From positions 9,962-73,961 of the forward strand of contig CAJWYF010000005.1 of the NCBI GenBank assembly GCA_913049535.1: a stretch of 64,000 nt of DNA, given 5' to 3'. Every line of letters starts with the position of its first letter. The first letter of the stretch is position 1. Source of the DNA: an uncultured Synechococcus sp. Its GTDB lineage: Bacteria; Cyanobacteriota; Cyanobacteriia; PCC-6307; Cyanobiaceae. Under the pieces are notes generated by a model. It had not been told where the DNA came from and searched no databases. It worked only from the letters and a program-made list of their open reading frames with translations. A program made the position numbers and the translations under genes. Positions 1-10,248 of this stretch are shown piece by piece.

Positions 1-302
1 AGCTCAGGGAGAAGGCCGTCTGGGTCGATGAGGCTGTCTGCATCGGCTGCCGCTACTGCGCCAATGTGGCTTGCAATACCTTCATGGTGGAATCCAGCTA
101 CGGGCGCTCCCGGGTGATTCGCCAGGACGGCGACAGTGGCGAGCGGATTCAAGAAGCCATCGACACCTGCCCGGTCGATTGCATCCATTGGGTCGAGTTT
201 GAGCAACTCGAGGAATTGCGTCAGCGTCTGGCGGGCCAGGAGTTGCTGCCCTTGGGACTGCCCTCGGCGACTCGGCACAAACGGACGCTGCCCAGGCCAT
301 GA
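1..302 (+). CDS. 4Fe-4S ferredoxin-domain protein, 5'-truncated by window edge
   Basis: Frame open from nt 3: AVWVDEAVCIGCRYCANVAC...AIDTCPVDCIHW (CxxCxxC plus CP motifs). Confidence 0.85.
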   Translation, partial: LREKAVWVDEAVCIGCRYCANVACNTFMVESSYGRSRVIRQDGDSGERIQEAIDTCPVDCIHWVEFEQLEELRQRLAGQELLPLGLPSATRHKRTLPRP

Positions 303-1510
303 TTCCAACCCGACGGTTTGGCCGCACCGAGCTGCCCATGCCCGTGCTCAGCCTGGGCGGGATGCGCTTTCAGCAGAGCTGGAGCGACCTCGATGCCAGT
401 GCGATCGAAGCGGAAAGCCAGCGCAACCTAGAAGCGACCCTGGAAGCGGCCGTTGCCGCTGGCTTCCATCACATTGAGACGGCTCGGTATTACGGCACCT
501 CAGAGCTGCAGCTCGGCCCGGCCTTAGCCAGACACCCCGATCCCCAGCGCATCCTGCAGACCAAAATTCCCCCCAGGGATGACCCCGCCGCCTTTGAAGC
601 CGAACTGGAACGCAGTTTTCAGCTGCTGGGTGTGCAACGGGTGGATCTTCTGGCCGTGCATGGCATCAATCTGCATGAGCATCTCGAGCAGACCGTGCGT
701 TCCGGCGGTTGCCTTGACGTGCTGCGGCGCTGGCAAGGGGAGGGCGCCATCGGTCACATCGGCTTTTCAACCCATGGCCCGCTCGATCTGATCCTCGATG
801 CCATCGCCACCGATGTCTTTGATTACGTCAACGTGCATTGGTATTACATCCGCCAGGACAACGATCCGGCCCTGACGGCGGCGCGGGAGCGGGACATGGG
901 GGTGTTTCTGATCAGTCCCACCGATAAGGGCGGTCATTTGCATTCACCCTCCAAGCGATTGCTGCAGTTATGCGATCCCCTGCATCCGATCGTCTTCAAT
1001 GATTTGTTCTGCTTGACGGATCCGCGCGTTCACACGATCAGTGTCGGTGCAGCGCGGCCATCGGATCTGGATCTGCACCTGCAGGCAGTGGCGCAGCTCG
1101 ATCGCGCGGGCCAGCTGGTGCCGCCGGTGGCGGAGCGACTGCAGGCTGCTCTGGTCGAGACGTTGGGGGCTCCCTGGGTTGAGACCTGGCAGCAGGGTTT
1201 GCCGAGCTGGCCTGAAACCCCTGGCGACATCAACCTGCCGGTGCTGCTCTGGCTGCACACCCTGCTGGAGGGTTGGGGCCTTGAGAGCTATGCCAAGGCC
1301 CGTTACGGTTTGCTGGGCAATGGCAGCCACTGGTTTCCCGGCCGCAATGCCGCCAGGTTCGAGGCTGGCGCTGATGAACCTGCAGCTGTGAGCGCCGAGC
1401 AGCTCGATCAGGTGCTGGCCTCGAGCCCGTGGAGAGAGGAGATCCCTGCGATCCTCCGCCTGCTCAAGCAACGGCTCGGCGGTGCCAGTGTCCGTCGCCT
1501 GGGCCCCTAG
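299..1510 (+). CDS. Aldo/keto reductase family oxidoreductase
   Basis: RRFGRTELPMPVLSLGGM, HIETARYYGTSE, GHIGFSTHG motifs; 403 aa; ATGA overlap with upstream gene. Confidence 0.9.
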   Translation: MIPTRRFGRTELPMPVLSLGGMRFQQSWSDLDASAIEAESQRNLEATLEAAVAAGFHHIETARYYGTSELQLGPALARHPDPQRILQTKIPPRDDPAAFEAELERSFQLLGVQRVDLLAVHGINLHEHLEQTVRSGGCLDVLRRWQGEGAIGHIGFSTHGPLDLILDAIATDVFDYVNVHWYYIRQDNDPALTAARERDMGVFLISPTDKGGHLHSPSKRLLQLCDPLHPIVFNDLFCLTDPRVHTISVGAARPSDLDLHLQAVAQLDRAGQLVPPVAERLQAALVETLGAPWVETWQQGLPSWPETPGDINLPVLLWLHTLLEGWGLESYAKARYGLLGNGSHWFPGRNAARFEAGADEPAAVSAEQLDQVLASSPWREEIPAILRLLKQRLGGASVRRLGP

Positions 1511-1511
1511 T

Positions 1512-2261
1512 TCAGACCAGGGGTTGTTTGCCGGGCACGCCCACGGCCCGTGGGTAGGTGCGCGGACAAGGACCGCTGGGGGTCAGGGCGATCACATGGC
1601 GCTGACCGCGCTCGGCGGGCAAGGTCATCCCTTGGGGGGCAGCCATCGTTGCGTTCAACAGAGCAGCAGCCCGCTGCAGCTGGCGGCTGTCCTCCTGCTG
1701 CCATTGGCCGCGGTAGAGCAGGGCTGTGCCGTTGCTTTTCAACAGCGGCACCAGGTATTCAGCAACGACCGGAGCTGCTGCGACCGCTCGAGCCACCGCC
1801 AGGTCAAAGCGGCCGCGACAGGCAGGATCACGGCCGGTTTTTTCAGCGCGCTCGCAGCGCAGCTGCACCCTTGGCTGCAGGCCGAGCTCCAGGGCCATCG
1901 CCTCCACGGCCTGCAGCTTGCGGCCGACTGAATCCACCAGGGTCACCTGCGCCTGGGGCAGGGCAATGGCGATGGCCAGGCCAGGAAAGCCACCGCCGGT
2001 GCCCACGTCGATCACCTGCAGCGGATCGCTGCTGCCATGCCAGCGCTGCAGTGGCCAGAGGCTGTCAAAAATCTGACTGATCCAGTAGTCATCGCCTTCC
2101 ACCAGCCGCGTCAGATTGACGCGGCTGTTCCAGAGGCGCAGCAGGTGCTGAAGTTCGTTGAACTGCTCGACCTGCGCGGCTGTGGGCTGCCAGCCCAGCA
2201 GCTCCCAGGGGGCGGAGGTGGTCAGAAGGCACCGGGCAACCTTCTTAGGATCGCAAGCCAC
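1512..2261 (-). CDS. rsmG: 16S rRNA (guanine527-N7)-methyltransferase RsmG/GidB
   Basis: [35 protein letters not shown] motifs. Confidence 0.95.
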   Translation of the reverse strand: MACDPKKVARCLLTTSAPWELLGWQPTAAQVEQFNELQHLLRLWNSRVNLTRLVEGDDYWISQIFDSLWPLQRWHGSSDPLQVIDVGTGGGFPGLAIAIALPQAQVTLVDSVGRKLQAVEAMALELGLQPRVQLRCERAEKTGRDPACRGRFDLAVARAVAAAPVVAEYLVPLLKSNGTALLYRGQWQQEDSRQLQRAAALLNATMAAPQGMTLPAERGQRHVIALTPSGPCPRTYPRAVGVPGKQPLV

Positions 2262-2277
2262 GGTCCCAACCGCCGCC

Positions 2278-2847
2278 TTGGCTGCAACGCCCCCGAGCCT
2301 CTACAGCCTTCTGCAGGTGCCGCCTGAAGCCAGCACCGAGCAGTTGCGCAGTGCCTTCCGCCTGCTGAGCAAGCGCTTTCATCCCGACACCACCGAGCTG
2401 CCTGAGGTGGAGGCCGCCGCCCGCTTCCGCCAGCTGCAGGAGGCGATGGCGGTGCTCGGGGACCCCGAGCGGCGACGGCGTTACGACGATCTGCTGCGGG
2501 CCCAGGCGCTCAACCGTGAGCAGCAGCGCCAGGCAGCGAATACCTGGCGCCCCAACACCGATCCCCCCGGTCGTCGTCCCCTCTCGGGCGGGGAATGGTT
2601 CGCCCTGCTGCTGCTGGCTTTGGCCTTGCTCTTCTCGTTGGTGCTGGGTATCGGGTTGGCGTGGTGGCGCGGAGCTGAAGTCCTGCAGAGCGCTCAGCCT
2701 TTGGAGCAGCTCAGTGCACTGGTGGATCGCACCAGAGAGGTGGTTGAGGTTTCGTTGCCGAAGGCTGCACCAGCAGAGGAAGCCGAGCAGAGTCCAGCGG
2801 CAGTGCCCACCCAGTCCTCCGATTCCGCATCAACCGGTTCAGCCTGA
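2278..2847 (+). CDS. J-domain (DnaJ-like) protein with one TM helix
   Basis: LYSLLQV...KRFHPD J-domain; hydrophobic [24 protein letters not shown]; TTG at 2278 chosen to avoid overlap with rsmG. Confidence 0.8.
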   Translation: MAATPPSLYSLLQVPPEASTEQLRSAFRLLSKRFHPDTTELPEVEAAARFRQLQEAMAVLGDPERRRRYDDLLRAQALNREQQRQAANTWRPNTDPPGRRPLSGGEWFALLLLALALLFSLVLGIGLAWWRGAEVLQSAQPLEQLSALVDRTREVVEVSLPKAAPAEEAEQSPAAVPTQSSDSASTGSA

Positions 2848-3108
2848 ATGCTTCCCAGCTCCGACACTCCCCTCTACAGCCATCCGTTGCCCGCCCTGGA
2901 GCAGTGGCTGCAGACCAGCGGCTTCATCCAGTCGCCGGCGGATCCATGCCTCTGGACGCTGGTGCGCTCCCAGTGGACAGCAGAGCTGATCCTGCAAAGC
3001 GACGGCTTGGTGATCAGCTGGACCGCTGAGGGCCGCAGCACCCAGCGGGGGTTTTCCTACGGGCTGACCCGGGCCGATTTGGAGAGTGCCATTTTGGCGG
3101 GCCCTTAG
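2848..3108 (+). CDS. DUF3143-like conserved cyanobacterial protein
   Basis: MLPSSDTPLYSHPLPALEQWL...LTRADLESAIL pattern. Confidence 0.75.
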   Translation: MLPSSDTPLYSHPLPALEQWLQTSGFIQSPADPCLWTLVRSQWTAELILQSDGLVISWTAEGRSTQRGFSYGLTRADLESAILAGP

Positions 3109-4400
3109 GCCCGCGCGCTCAGCTGCTCCAGCACATCATTCAGCACGGCGTAGCAATGCTCGAGCTCCTGATCATTGATGCACAGCGGCGGCATCAGGTA
3201 GACGACCGAACCCAGGGGCCTGACAAACAATCCTTTGCCCAGGCAGAGCCGTTGCACCTCCAGGCCAATGGGCTGGAGATAGCCGCTGGCGCCGGCCAGT
3301 TCAAAGGCGGCGATGCTGCCCAGCAGGCGCGGGCGCTGCACGATCGCTTGGGATGCCAGGCGCTCAAGCTGGGGCCGGTGCCGCGCCTCGATGGAGCTGA
3401 AGCGCTCCGGTCTGGCTTGAAGCAGCTCCAGGCTGGCCACGGCCGCAGCGCAACCCAGGGGGTTGGCCGTGAAACTGTGCCCATGGAAAAAGGTGCACTC
3501 CGGTTCGGGCCCGACGAATTGTTGGTAGAGCTCCTCGCTCGCCAGCGTGACGCCCATGGGCAGGAATCCACCGGTCAGGCCTTTGGAGAGGGCCACGAGA
3601 TCCGGTGTGATGCCCGCCCGCAGTGAGGCGAACAGTGCGCCGCAGCGCCCAAAGCCGGTGAGGACTTCATCGGCGATCAGCAGGGCACCGGCTTGATGCA
3701 CCCGCTGCTGCACGGCCTGCAGAAAGGTTGGTCGCACCATGGCCATGCCCCCAGCCCCCTGCAACAAGGGCTCGAGGATCACCGCTGCGGTGGGTGTTTC
3801 AAGCAGCTGCTCGAGCTGGCTCAGCGCTTGTTGTTCTTTGTGCTCACAGGCGTCATCACCCCACCAGGTGGCGGGCCAGGGAGCGCGGGCCACCTCAAAC
3901 AGCTTGGGCTCGAAGGGGGCGCTGAACAGTCCCCGTTCACCAACGGCCATGGCGCCAAAGGTGTCGCCGTGATACGCCCCATCGAAGGCGATCACCTGGT
4001 GGCGCTGCCCGCCCTGACGCCAGCTGCGCTGCAGCGCCATCTTGATGGCCACCTCAACGGCAGTGGAGCCGTTGTCGGAGAAGAACATCCGCTCCAGCCC
4101 AGGCCAAAGCGCGCAGACCCGTTCCGACAGCTCGGTGGCGGGCTGGTGACGGAAATTGGCGAAGATCACCTGCTCGAGGGTCTCGGCCTGGCGGGCGATG
4201 GCCGCGGCAATGCTGGGTTCGCTGTGGCCATGCAGGGTCACCCACCAGCTGCTGATGCCATCGATCAGCCGGCGGCCATCCTCCAGTTCCAGCCAGACGC
4301 CATCGCCCCGCTTGATTGGCAGTGGTGCCGGACCCCGGCCCGGTTGGGTGAAGGGATGCCAGAGGTGCGGATGCCAGCCGCTGCTGTTTGCCTCAGTCAT
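3105..4400 (-). CDS. bioA: Adenosylmethionine-8-amino-7-oxononanoate aminotransferase
   Basis: LWHPFTQ, IDGISSWWVTLHGH, SDNGSTAVEVAIKMA, IADEVLTGFGR, LSKGLTGG, HGHSFTANPL; ATG at 4400. Confidence 0.95.
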   Translation of the reverse strand: MTEANSSGWHPHLWHPFTQPGRGPAPLPIKRGDGVWLELEDGRRLIDGISSWWVTLHGHSEPSIAAAIARQAETLEQVIFANFRHQPATELSERVCALWPGLERMFFSDNGSTAVEVAIKMALQRSWRQGGQRHQVIAFDGAYHGDTFGAMAVGERGLFSAPFEPKLFEVARAPWPATWWGDDACEHKEQQALSQLEQLLETPTAAVILEPLLQGAGGMAMVRPTFLQAVQQRVHQAGALLIADEVLTGFGRCGALFASLRAGITPDLVALSKGLTGGFLPMGVTLASEELYQQFVGPEPECTFFHGHSFTANPLGCAAAVASLELLQARPERFSSIEARHRPQLERLASQAIVQRPRLLGSIAAFELAGASGYLQPIGLEVQRLCLGKGLFVRPLGSVVYLMPPLCINDQELEHCYAVLNDVLEQLSARA

Positions 4401-5811
4401 GGGGACGGGCCATGCGGGTGGGGTTGACCGCTGCATCAAAAGCCTCTGCGCTGATGGCATCGAGGTTGAGTGCGGCCTCCTTCAGGCTCAGGCCTTCGCC
4501 ATGGGCATGCAGGGCGATCTTGGCGGCGCGGTCGTAGCCGATCACCGGGGCCAGGGCGGTGACCAGCATCAGCGACTGGTCGCGGAAGTGCTCCACCTTG
4601 GCGTGGTTCAGCTCCAGCCCCGCCACCAGATGTTGCTCCAGGCTGCAGCAGCAGTCCGCCAGCAGCTGGCCGCTGCGCAGCAGGTTGAGGCCCAGGAGTG
4701 GTTTGTAGACATTCATCTGCAGGTGGCCGCCACTGCCAGCGATGGCGACGGCCTGGTCGAGACCCAGGATCTGGGCGGTGGCCATGGCCACGGCTTCGCA
4801 TTGGGTGGGATTGACCTTGCCTGGCATGATCGAGCTGCCCGGTTCATTGGCGGGCAGTTGCAGTTCCCCCAGACCCGCGCGGGGGCCACAGGCCAGCAGC
4901 CTGATGTCATTCACGATCTTGTGCAGGGCCCCGGCCAGCAGCCTCAGCCGTGCCATCTGCTGCACCAGCGCGTCATGGCTGCCCATCAGCGCAAAGCGGT
5001 TGCCATCGCAGCGCCAGGTCACCCCCTCCCAGCTGCTGAGCAGGCGGCAGGCTTCATCGGCGAACGTTGCAGGCGCCCCCAGGCCCGTTCCCACCGCGGT
5101 GCCGCCGAGGGGGATGCAGCGCAGCTCGCTGAAGCCATCAACGATGCGATCTCCTGCTGCGCTCAGTTGCGCTGCCCAACCTCCCAGCTCCTGGCCCACG
5201 GTGAGGGGCACCGCATCCTGCAGGTGGGTGCGGCCGATTTTGACCACCTCAGCCCAGCGTGAAGCCTTGTTCTCAAGGGCCCCTGTCAGCTTCTCCAGGG
5301 CAGGAAGCAGCGTGAGGCGTTGCTGCCGCTCAGCAGCCAGGTGAATGGCGCTGGGGAAGACGTCATTGGTGCTCTGGCTGCGGTTGACATGGTCGTTGGG
5401 GTGCACGCAGCTCTTGCTGCCCCGCGGGAGGCCGGCCAGCTCGCAGGCGCGGTTGGCGATCACCTCATTGACGTTCATGTTCGTCTGGGTGCCGCTGCCG
5501 CTCTGCCAGCTGGAGAGCGGAAATTCCCCGTCCAGTTGGCCGCTTTCGACTTCAGTGGCCGCGGTGGTGATCCAGCCGCAACGCTCAGCATCCACCAGCC
5601 CCAGGCTGGCGTTGGCGCTCACTGCCGCCCGTTTCAAGGTGGCGATGGCGTGGATCAAGGGCCTGGGCACCGGATCATCACCAAGACGAAACTGTTGCCT
5701 TGCACGCTCGGTCTGGGCACCCCAGTAACGCTCAGCGGGGACCATCACCTGACCGAGGCTGTCCTGCTCCGTGCGCCAGGTCTGGTTTGTGACCTCTTGC
5801 TGATCAGCCAT
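4393..5811 (-). CDS. fumC: Class II fumarate hydratase
   Basis: DSLGQV, WQSGSGTQTNMNVNEVIAN, HPNDHVNRSQSTND, KIGRTHLQDAVP, GSSIMPGKVNPTQCE signature. Confidence 0.93.
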   Translation of the reverse strand: MADQQEVTNQTWRTEQDSLGQVMVPAERYWGAQTERARQQFRLGDDPVPRPLIHAIATLKRAAVSANASLGLVDAERCGWITTAATEVESGQLDGEFPLSSWQSGSGTQTNMNVNEVIANRACELAGLPRGSKSCVHPNDHVNRSQSTNDVFPSAIHLAAERQQRLTLLPALEKLTGALENKASRWAEVVKIGRTHLQDAVPLTVGQELGGWAAQLSAAGDRIVDGFSELRCIPLGGTAVGTGLGAPATFADEACRLLSSWEGVTWRCDGNRFALMGSHDALVQQMARLRLLAGALHKIVNDIRLLACGPRAGLGELQLPANEPGSSIMPGKVNPTQCEAVAMATAQILGLDQAVAIAGSGGHLQMNVYKPLLGLNLLRSGQLLADCCCSLEQHLVAGLELNHAKVEHFRDQSLMLVTALAPVIGYDRAAKIALHAHGEGLSLKEAALNLDAISAEAFDAAVNPTRMARPHD

Positions 5812-5885
5812 AAGGCAATGGAAAGGTCTAGCGAGTTCTTAATCGTTCATCTCTACCACTGAGCTGAGTCCGCTAGGGCCTCGCG

Positions 5886-6389
5886 ATGCTGGAGAACCTG
5901 CTCCCCCCGCTCAACGACAAGAACCTGCCGTGGATGGATGTCCTCCATCCAATCGTGGTGCACTTCGTGATCGCCATGGCGCTGATCACCGTGGTGTTCG
6001 ATCTGATCGGCGTCATCACCCGCAAACCCAACCTGTTTGAGGTGAGTTTCTGGAACTTGGTGGTGGCCACCGTGGCCATCTTCGTGGCCATCATCTTTGG
6101 ACAGGTGGAGGCCGGGTTGGCCGGGCCCTACGGCGGTGCCCGCGACATCCTCAATTACCACAGCACGATCGGCTGGTCCCTTGCTGGTGTGCTCTCGCTG
6201 CTGACGGGCTGGCGCTACGTGGTTCGCCAGAAGGACCCGGCGGCGTTGCCGACAGGCTTCCTGGTCATTGACGGGGTGCTCGCTGCCCTGGTGTTCACCC
6301 AGGTGTATCTCGGCGACAAGCTCGTCTGGGTCTATGGGCTGCACACCGTTCCTGTGGTGGAAGCGATGCGTAGCGGAGTGATCTCATGA
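5886..6389 (+). CDS. DUF2231-type membrane protein
   Basis: LHPIVVHFVIAM motif, about 4 hydrophobic helices; immediately upstream of oxidase genes. Confidence 0.8.
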   Translation: MLENLLPPLNDKNLPWMDVLHPIVVHFVIAMALITVVFDLIGVITRKPNLFEVSFWNLVVATVAIFVAIIFGQVEAGLAGPYGGARDILNYHSTIGWSLAGVLSLLTGWRYVVRQKDPAALPTGFLVIDGVLAALVFTQVYLGDKLVWVYGLHTVPVVEAMRSGVIS

Positions 6390-7006
6390 GCTTGTTGAGC
6401 ACCATCGTCTCCCCCATCAACGAGATCGTTGATTCCCTGGGGCCCAATGACCTTCCTTACAGCATTCCGCTGCACCCGAACCTGGTGCACATGACCATCG
6501 GTCTGTTCTCGATCGGCATCGCCTTCGACTACGCCGGTGCGTTTTATCCCCTTGAAAAGCGGGTGTTTCGCTTCCTGGCCCTGCCGGTGACGCGCGTCGG
6601 TTTTCATGACGTCGGCTGGTACAACGTGCTGGCCTGCAGCATCGTCACGTTCTTCACCGTGGCGGCCGGCTTCTACGAGATGCTGCTGGCGGTGCCCCTG
6701 CCGGGGGTCAAGACCGTGCTGGGCCAAGGGGCCATCACCACCATGCTCTGGCATGCCGTCGGTGGTGTGGCCCTGCTGCTGATCATCGTCGCGATGACGA
6801 TCTGGCGCGGCTTCATGCGCTTTGTCTGGCGCAAGGACCTGGGCCGTCAAGTGAGTTGGCTCTACCTGGCCGCCGGTGCCTTCATCCTCGTCGTGCTTGG
6901 GGTCCACGGCAGCCTTGGCGCCTGGCTGGCCAGTGAGTTCGGTGTTCACATCACGGCTGACCAGCTGCTGGCAGCCGGCGCCAACGTTCAGGAGGTGCTG
7001 CCATGA
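6386..7006 (+). CDS. DUF2231-type membrane protein (second paralog)
   Basis: LHPNLVHMTIG motif, about 4 TM helices; ATGA overlaps at both ends. Confidence 0.8.
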   Translation: MSLLSTIVSPINEIVDSLGPNDLPYSIPLHPNLVHMTIGLFSIGIAFDYAGAFYPLEKRVFRFLALPVTRVGFHDVGWYNVLACSIVTFFTVAAGFYEMLLAVPLPGVKTVLGQGAITTMLWHAVGGVALLLIIVAMTIWRGFMRFVWRKDLGRQVSWLYLAAGAFILVVLGVHGSLGAWLASEFGVHITADQLLAAGANVQEVLP

Positions 7007-7938
7007 CGACCACCACAAACAACAAAAGCCCCAACGTCGGCGCCATCGTCATCATTGCGGTGGCCGTTGCCCTGAACCTGGTGCTGGCTGTCCTGATGGC
7101 GCGCTGGTCCTACAGCTGGTTTCCGCCGCAGGCCTCCAGTGCAGCTCCCTATGTCGACGACCTCTTTGCCTTGGAGACAGGGATCGGCTCTTTCCTCTGG
7201 TTTGGCCTGACCGGAGTGATTGGCTGGACGTTGCTCTTCAATCGCGCCCCCAAATACGACGAGAGCTACGGCGAGCCGATCGAGGGCAACAACCGCCTTG
7301 AGATCACCTGGACGGTGATTCCAACGGTGATCGTGTTTGCGATCGCGATCTACTCCATGCAGGTCAACGACAAGCTTGATGCCCTCGGGCCGAAACAGAA
7401 GTACGCCCTGGGGACCGATCCGGCGACTGTGGCGGCGGTGGATCCTCGCGCCACGGTGGGCCCCATTGATGTGATTGCGCGGCAATGGAGCTGGGAGTTC
7501 ATCTACCCCGATGGCGTGCGCAGCTCCGAGTTGCATCTGCCGATCAACCAACGGGTCAACTTCCGCCTGATCAGTGAGGACGTCAACCACAGCTTCTATG
7601 TGCCGGCGTTCCGTCTCAAGCAGGACATCATCCCCGGAAGCGTTATTTCCTACAGCCTCACCCCCACCCGTGAAGGTCGTTTTCGTCTGCGGGACGCCAT
7701 GTTCAGCGGCGCTTACTTCTCGCAAAACCAGACCGATGTGATCGTCGAGTCCGATGAGGCGTACAGCAGCTGGCTCAAAGCCACGGCCAAGCAGCCGCTG
7801 CAGCCTGGCCTGAGCCCCGGCAGTGACCTCTACGCCAAACGTCTGGCCAATGGCGACAAGGGCTGGGCCACGGTGCCGCCAGCTCCGGCGCCTCTGGTCA
7901 ATGACCCCGGTGATGCCTCTATCCCCCACGACGCCTGA
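7003..7938 (+). CDS. ctaC: Heme-copper oxidase subunit II, ARTO type (CtaCII), lacking CuA ligands
   Basis: PIEGNNRLEITWT, ARQWSWEFIY, DVNHSFYVPAFRLKQDIIPG; the CuA loop CxExCx3Hx2M is replaced by DAMFSGAYFSQN. Confidence 0.9.
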   Translation: MTTTTNNKSPNVGAIVIIAVAVALNLVLAVLMARWSYSWFPPQASSAAPYVDDLFALETGIGSFLWFGLTGVIGWTLLFNRAPKYDESYGEPIEGNNRLEITWTVIPTVIVFAIAIYSMQVNDKLDALGPKQKYALGTDPATVAAVDPRATVGPIDVIARQWSWEFIYPDGVRSSELHLPINQRVNFRLISEDVNHSFYVPAFRLKQDIIPGSVISYSLTPTREGRFRLRDAMFSGAYFSQNQTDVIVESDEAYSSWLKATAKQPLQPGLSPGSDLYAKRLANGDKGWATVPPAPAPLVNDPGDASIPHDA

Positions 7939-7943
7939 GCATC

Positions 7944-9632
7944 ATGACCTCAACCAAGTTTGATCCCCGCATCCTCAAGGCGCCGCACCCAGTCCCTGGC
8001 GCACCTGATAACTGGAAGCGTTTTTTCAGCTTCAACACCGATGCCAAGGTCATCGGCATTCAATACATCGCCACCTCCCTGCTTTTCCTGCTGGTGGGCG
8101 GCCTGCTGGCCATGATTGTCCGCGGTGAGTTGATCACACCGCCTGCTGATCTGGTCGATCCCACCGTCTACAACGGCCTGTACACGATGCACGGGACAGT
8201 GATGCTGTTCCTGTTCCTGTTCCCTGTTCTCAATGGTCTGAACAACCTGCTGATCCCCACCATGATCGGTGCCCCGGATATGGCCTTCCCGCGGTTGAAT
8301 GCCGCGGCGTTCTGGCTGGTGCCGGTCTTTGCGGTGCTGTTGATGGGCAGCTTCTTCCTGCCTGGCGGCCCTGCGCAGGCGGGTTGGTGGTCCTACCCGC
8401 CGATCAGTATTCAGAACCCCATGGGGCTTTTCTTCAATGGCGAGCAGCTCTGGCTGCTGGCGGTCGCTCTCTCGGGAATTTCTTCCATCTTTGGTGCGAT
8501 CAATTTCGTCACCACGATTGTTCGCATGCGGGCCCCTGGGATGGGCTTTTTCAAAATGCCGCTCTACTGCTGGACCGCCTGGGGGGCCCAGATCATCCAG
8601 CTGATCGGACTGCCTGCCCTCACCGGTGGGGCCATCATGCTGCTGTTTGATCTCAGCTTTGGCACCAGTTTCTTCCGCCCAGAGGGTGGGGGTGATCCGG
8701 TGCTGTATCAACACTTTTTCTGGTTTTATTCCCACCCTGCCGTCTACGTGATGGTGCTGCCGGTGTTTGGCATCTTCTCGGAGGTGTTCACCTGCTATGC
8801 CCGCAAACCATTGTTTGGTTACAAGTTCGTAGCGCTGGCTTCCTTCGGGATTGTTTTTCTCTCCCTGATTGTCTGGGTGCACCACATGTTCTACACAGGC
8901 ACGCCCAACTGGATGCGCATCCTGTTCATGTTCACCACCATGACCATTGCTGTGCCCACAGGTGTCAAGGTGTTTGCCTGGGTGGCCACGCTATGGGGCG
9001 GCAAGCTGCGCCTGACGACGCCCATGCTGTTCTGTCTGGGTGGTCTGATCAATTTCATCTTTGCCGGTATCACCGGCGTGATGTTGGGCACCGTGCCGAT
9101 TGATATCCATGTGGGCAACACCTACTTTGTCGTGGCCCACTTCCACTACGTCATCTTCAACGCCATTGTGCTTGGCGTGTTCGCCGCGGTGTACCACTGG
9201 TTCCCGAAGTTCACGGGGCATATGTATTACGAGGGGTTGGGTAAACTCCATTTCGCGCTCACCTTCATTGGCTGCACACTCAACTGGCTGCCGTTGCACT
9301 GGGCTGGCCTGCTGGGCATGCCCCGGCGGGTGGCTTCCTACGACCCGGAATTCGCGATTTGGAATGTGATTGCCAGCATCGGCGCCTTCATGCTCGGCGT
9401 GGCAGCGATTCCGTTCATTCTCAACATGGTGAGTTCCTGGGCGCGTGGGCCCCAGTCACCTCCCAACCCCTGGGGCGCCATTGGCCTGGAGTGGCTGCTG
9501 CCCTCGCCCCCCCCGGCGGAGAACTTTGAGGACGATGTACCCACCGTGATCAACAACCCCTACGGCTATGGCCTGGGTGAACCCCAGGTGGCCGATGAGG
9601 AGTACTACATCCGTCGCGCCCAGGAGGCCTGA
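7944..9632 (+). CDS. ctaD: Heme-copper oxidase subunit I (A2-type YSHPAVY), ARTO CtaDII
   Basis: TMHG, FWFYSHPAVY, WVHHM, VAHFHY metal-ligand motifs intact. Confidence 0.95.
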   Translation: MTSTKFDPRILKAPHPVPGAPDNWKRFFSFNTDAKVIGIQYIATSLLFLLVGGLLAMIVRGELITPPADLVDPTVYNGLYTMHGTVMLFLFLFPVLNGLNNLLIPTMIGAPDMAFPRLNAAAFWLVPVFAVLLMGSFFLPGGPAQAGWWSYPPISIQNPMGLFFNGEQLWLLAVALSGISSIFGAINFVTTIVRMRAPGMGFFKMPLYCWTAWGAQIIQLIGLPALTGGAIMLLFDLSFGTSFFRPEGGGDPVLYQHFFWFYSHPAVYVMVLPVFGIFSEVFTCYARKPLFGYKFVALASFGIVFLSLIVWVHHMFYTGTPNWMRILFMFTTMTIAVPTGVKVFAWVATLWGGKLRLTTPMLFCLGGLINFIFAGITGVMLGTVPIDIHVGNTYFVVAHFHYVIFNAIVLGVFAAVYHWFPKFTGHMYYEGLGKLHFALTFIGCTLNWLPLHWAGLLGMPRRVASYDPEFAIWNVIASIGAFMLGVAAIPFILNMVSSWARGPQSPPNPWGAIGLEWLLPSPPPAENFEDDVPTVINNPYGYGLGEPQVADEEYYIRRAQEA

Positions 9633-9635
9633 ATT

Positions 9636-10238
9636 ATGACCAGCTCAGATCCTTCCATGCAACTCAATCACACCCCTGGCCACATCAAGCACTCCGGCCA
9701 TAATCTCACGGGTTTTGTGATTTTTCTCTGCTCTGAGAGCATCATCTTTTTGGCTTTCTTTGCCGGTTTTACGCTCTTCAAGCTGACCTCGCCGGAGTGG
9801 CTTCCACCAGGCGTCGAGGGCCTCGAGGTCAGGATGCCTCTGATTAATACCGTTGTGTTGGTAAGCTCCAGCTTTGTGGCCTACTTTGCCGAGCGCTATC
9901 TGCATAAGGGCAACCTCTGGGGCTTTCGCATCGTCTGGTTCATCACCATGTTGATGGGCGCTTACTTTGTTTATGGGCAGTATGTGGAATGGTCCAGCCT
10001 TGAGTTCGGCCTCGGCAGTGGTGTGTTCGGAGGGACCTTCTATTTGCTCACAGGATTCCATGGCTTGCATGTGATCACAGGCATTGGATTGATGGGGCTC
10101 ATGCTTTATCACTCCTTCCGTCCTGGCAACTATGAGAAAGGAGATATGGGCGTCACCGCTGTGAGTCTGTTCTGGCACTTCGTGGATGTGATTTGGATCA
10201 TCCTTTTTGTGCTCATTTACGTCTGGCAACGCTACTGA
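9636..10238 (+). CDS. ctaE: Heme-copper oxidase subunit III, ARTO CtaEII
   Basis: IFLCSESIIF, TGFHGLHV, FWHFVDVIW motifs. Confidence 0.93.
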   Translation: MTSSDPSMQLNHTPGHIKHSGHNLTGFVIFLCSESIIFLAFFAGFTLFKLTSPEWLPPGVEGLEVRMPLINTVVLVSSSFVAYFAERYLHKGNLWGFRIVWFITMLMGAYFVYGQYVEWSSLEFGLGSGVFGGTFYLLTGFHGLHVITGIGLMGLMLYHSFRPGNYEKGDMGVTAVSLFWHFVDVIWIILFVLIYVWQRY

Positions 10239-10248
10239 GGAGCCGATC

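Noticed and set aside
5812-5885. Search for att sites or direct repeats at island edges (5812-5885 vs 25316-25330); CTAGCG/CGCTAG inverted pair
   Set aside because: No shared repeat longer than a few bp, no tRNA or integrase; a 6-bp pair is not significant
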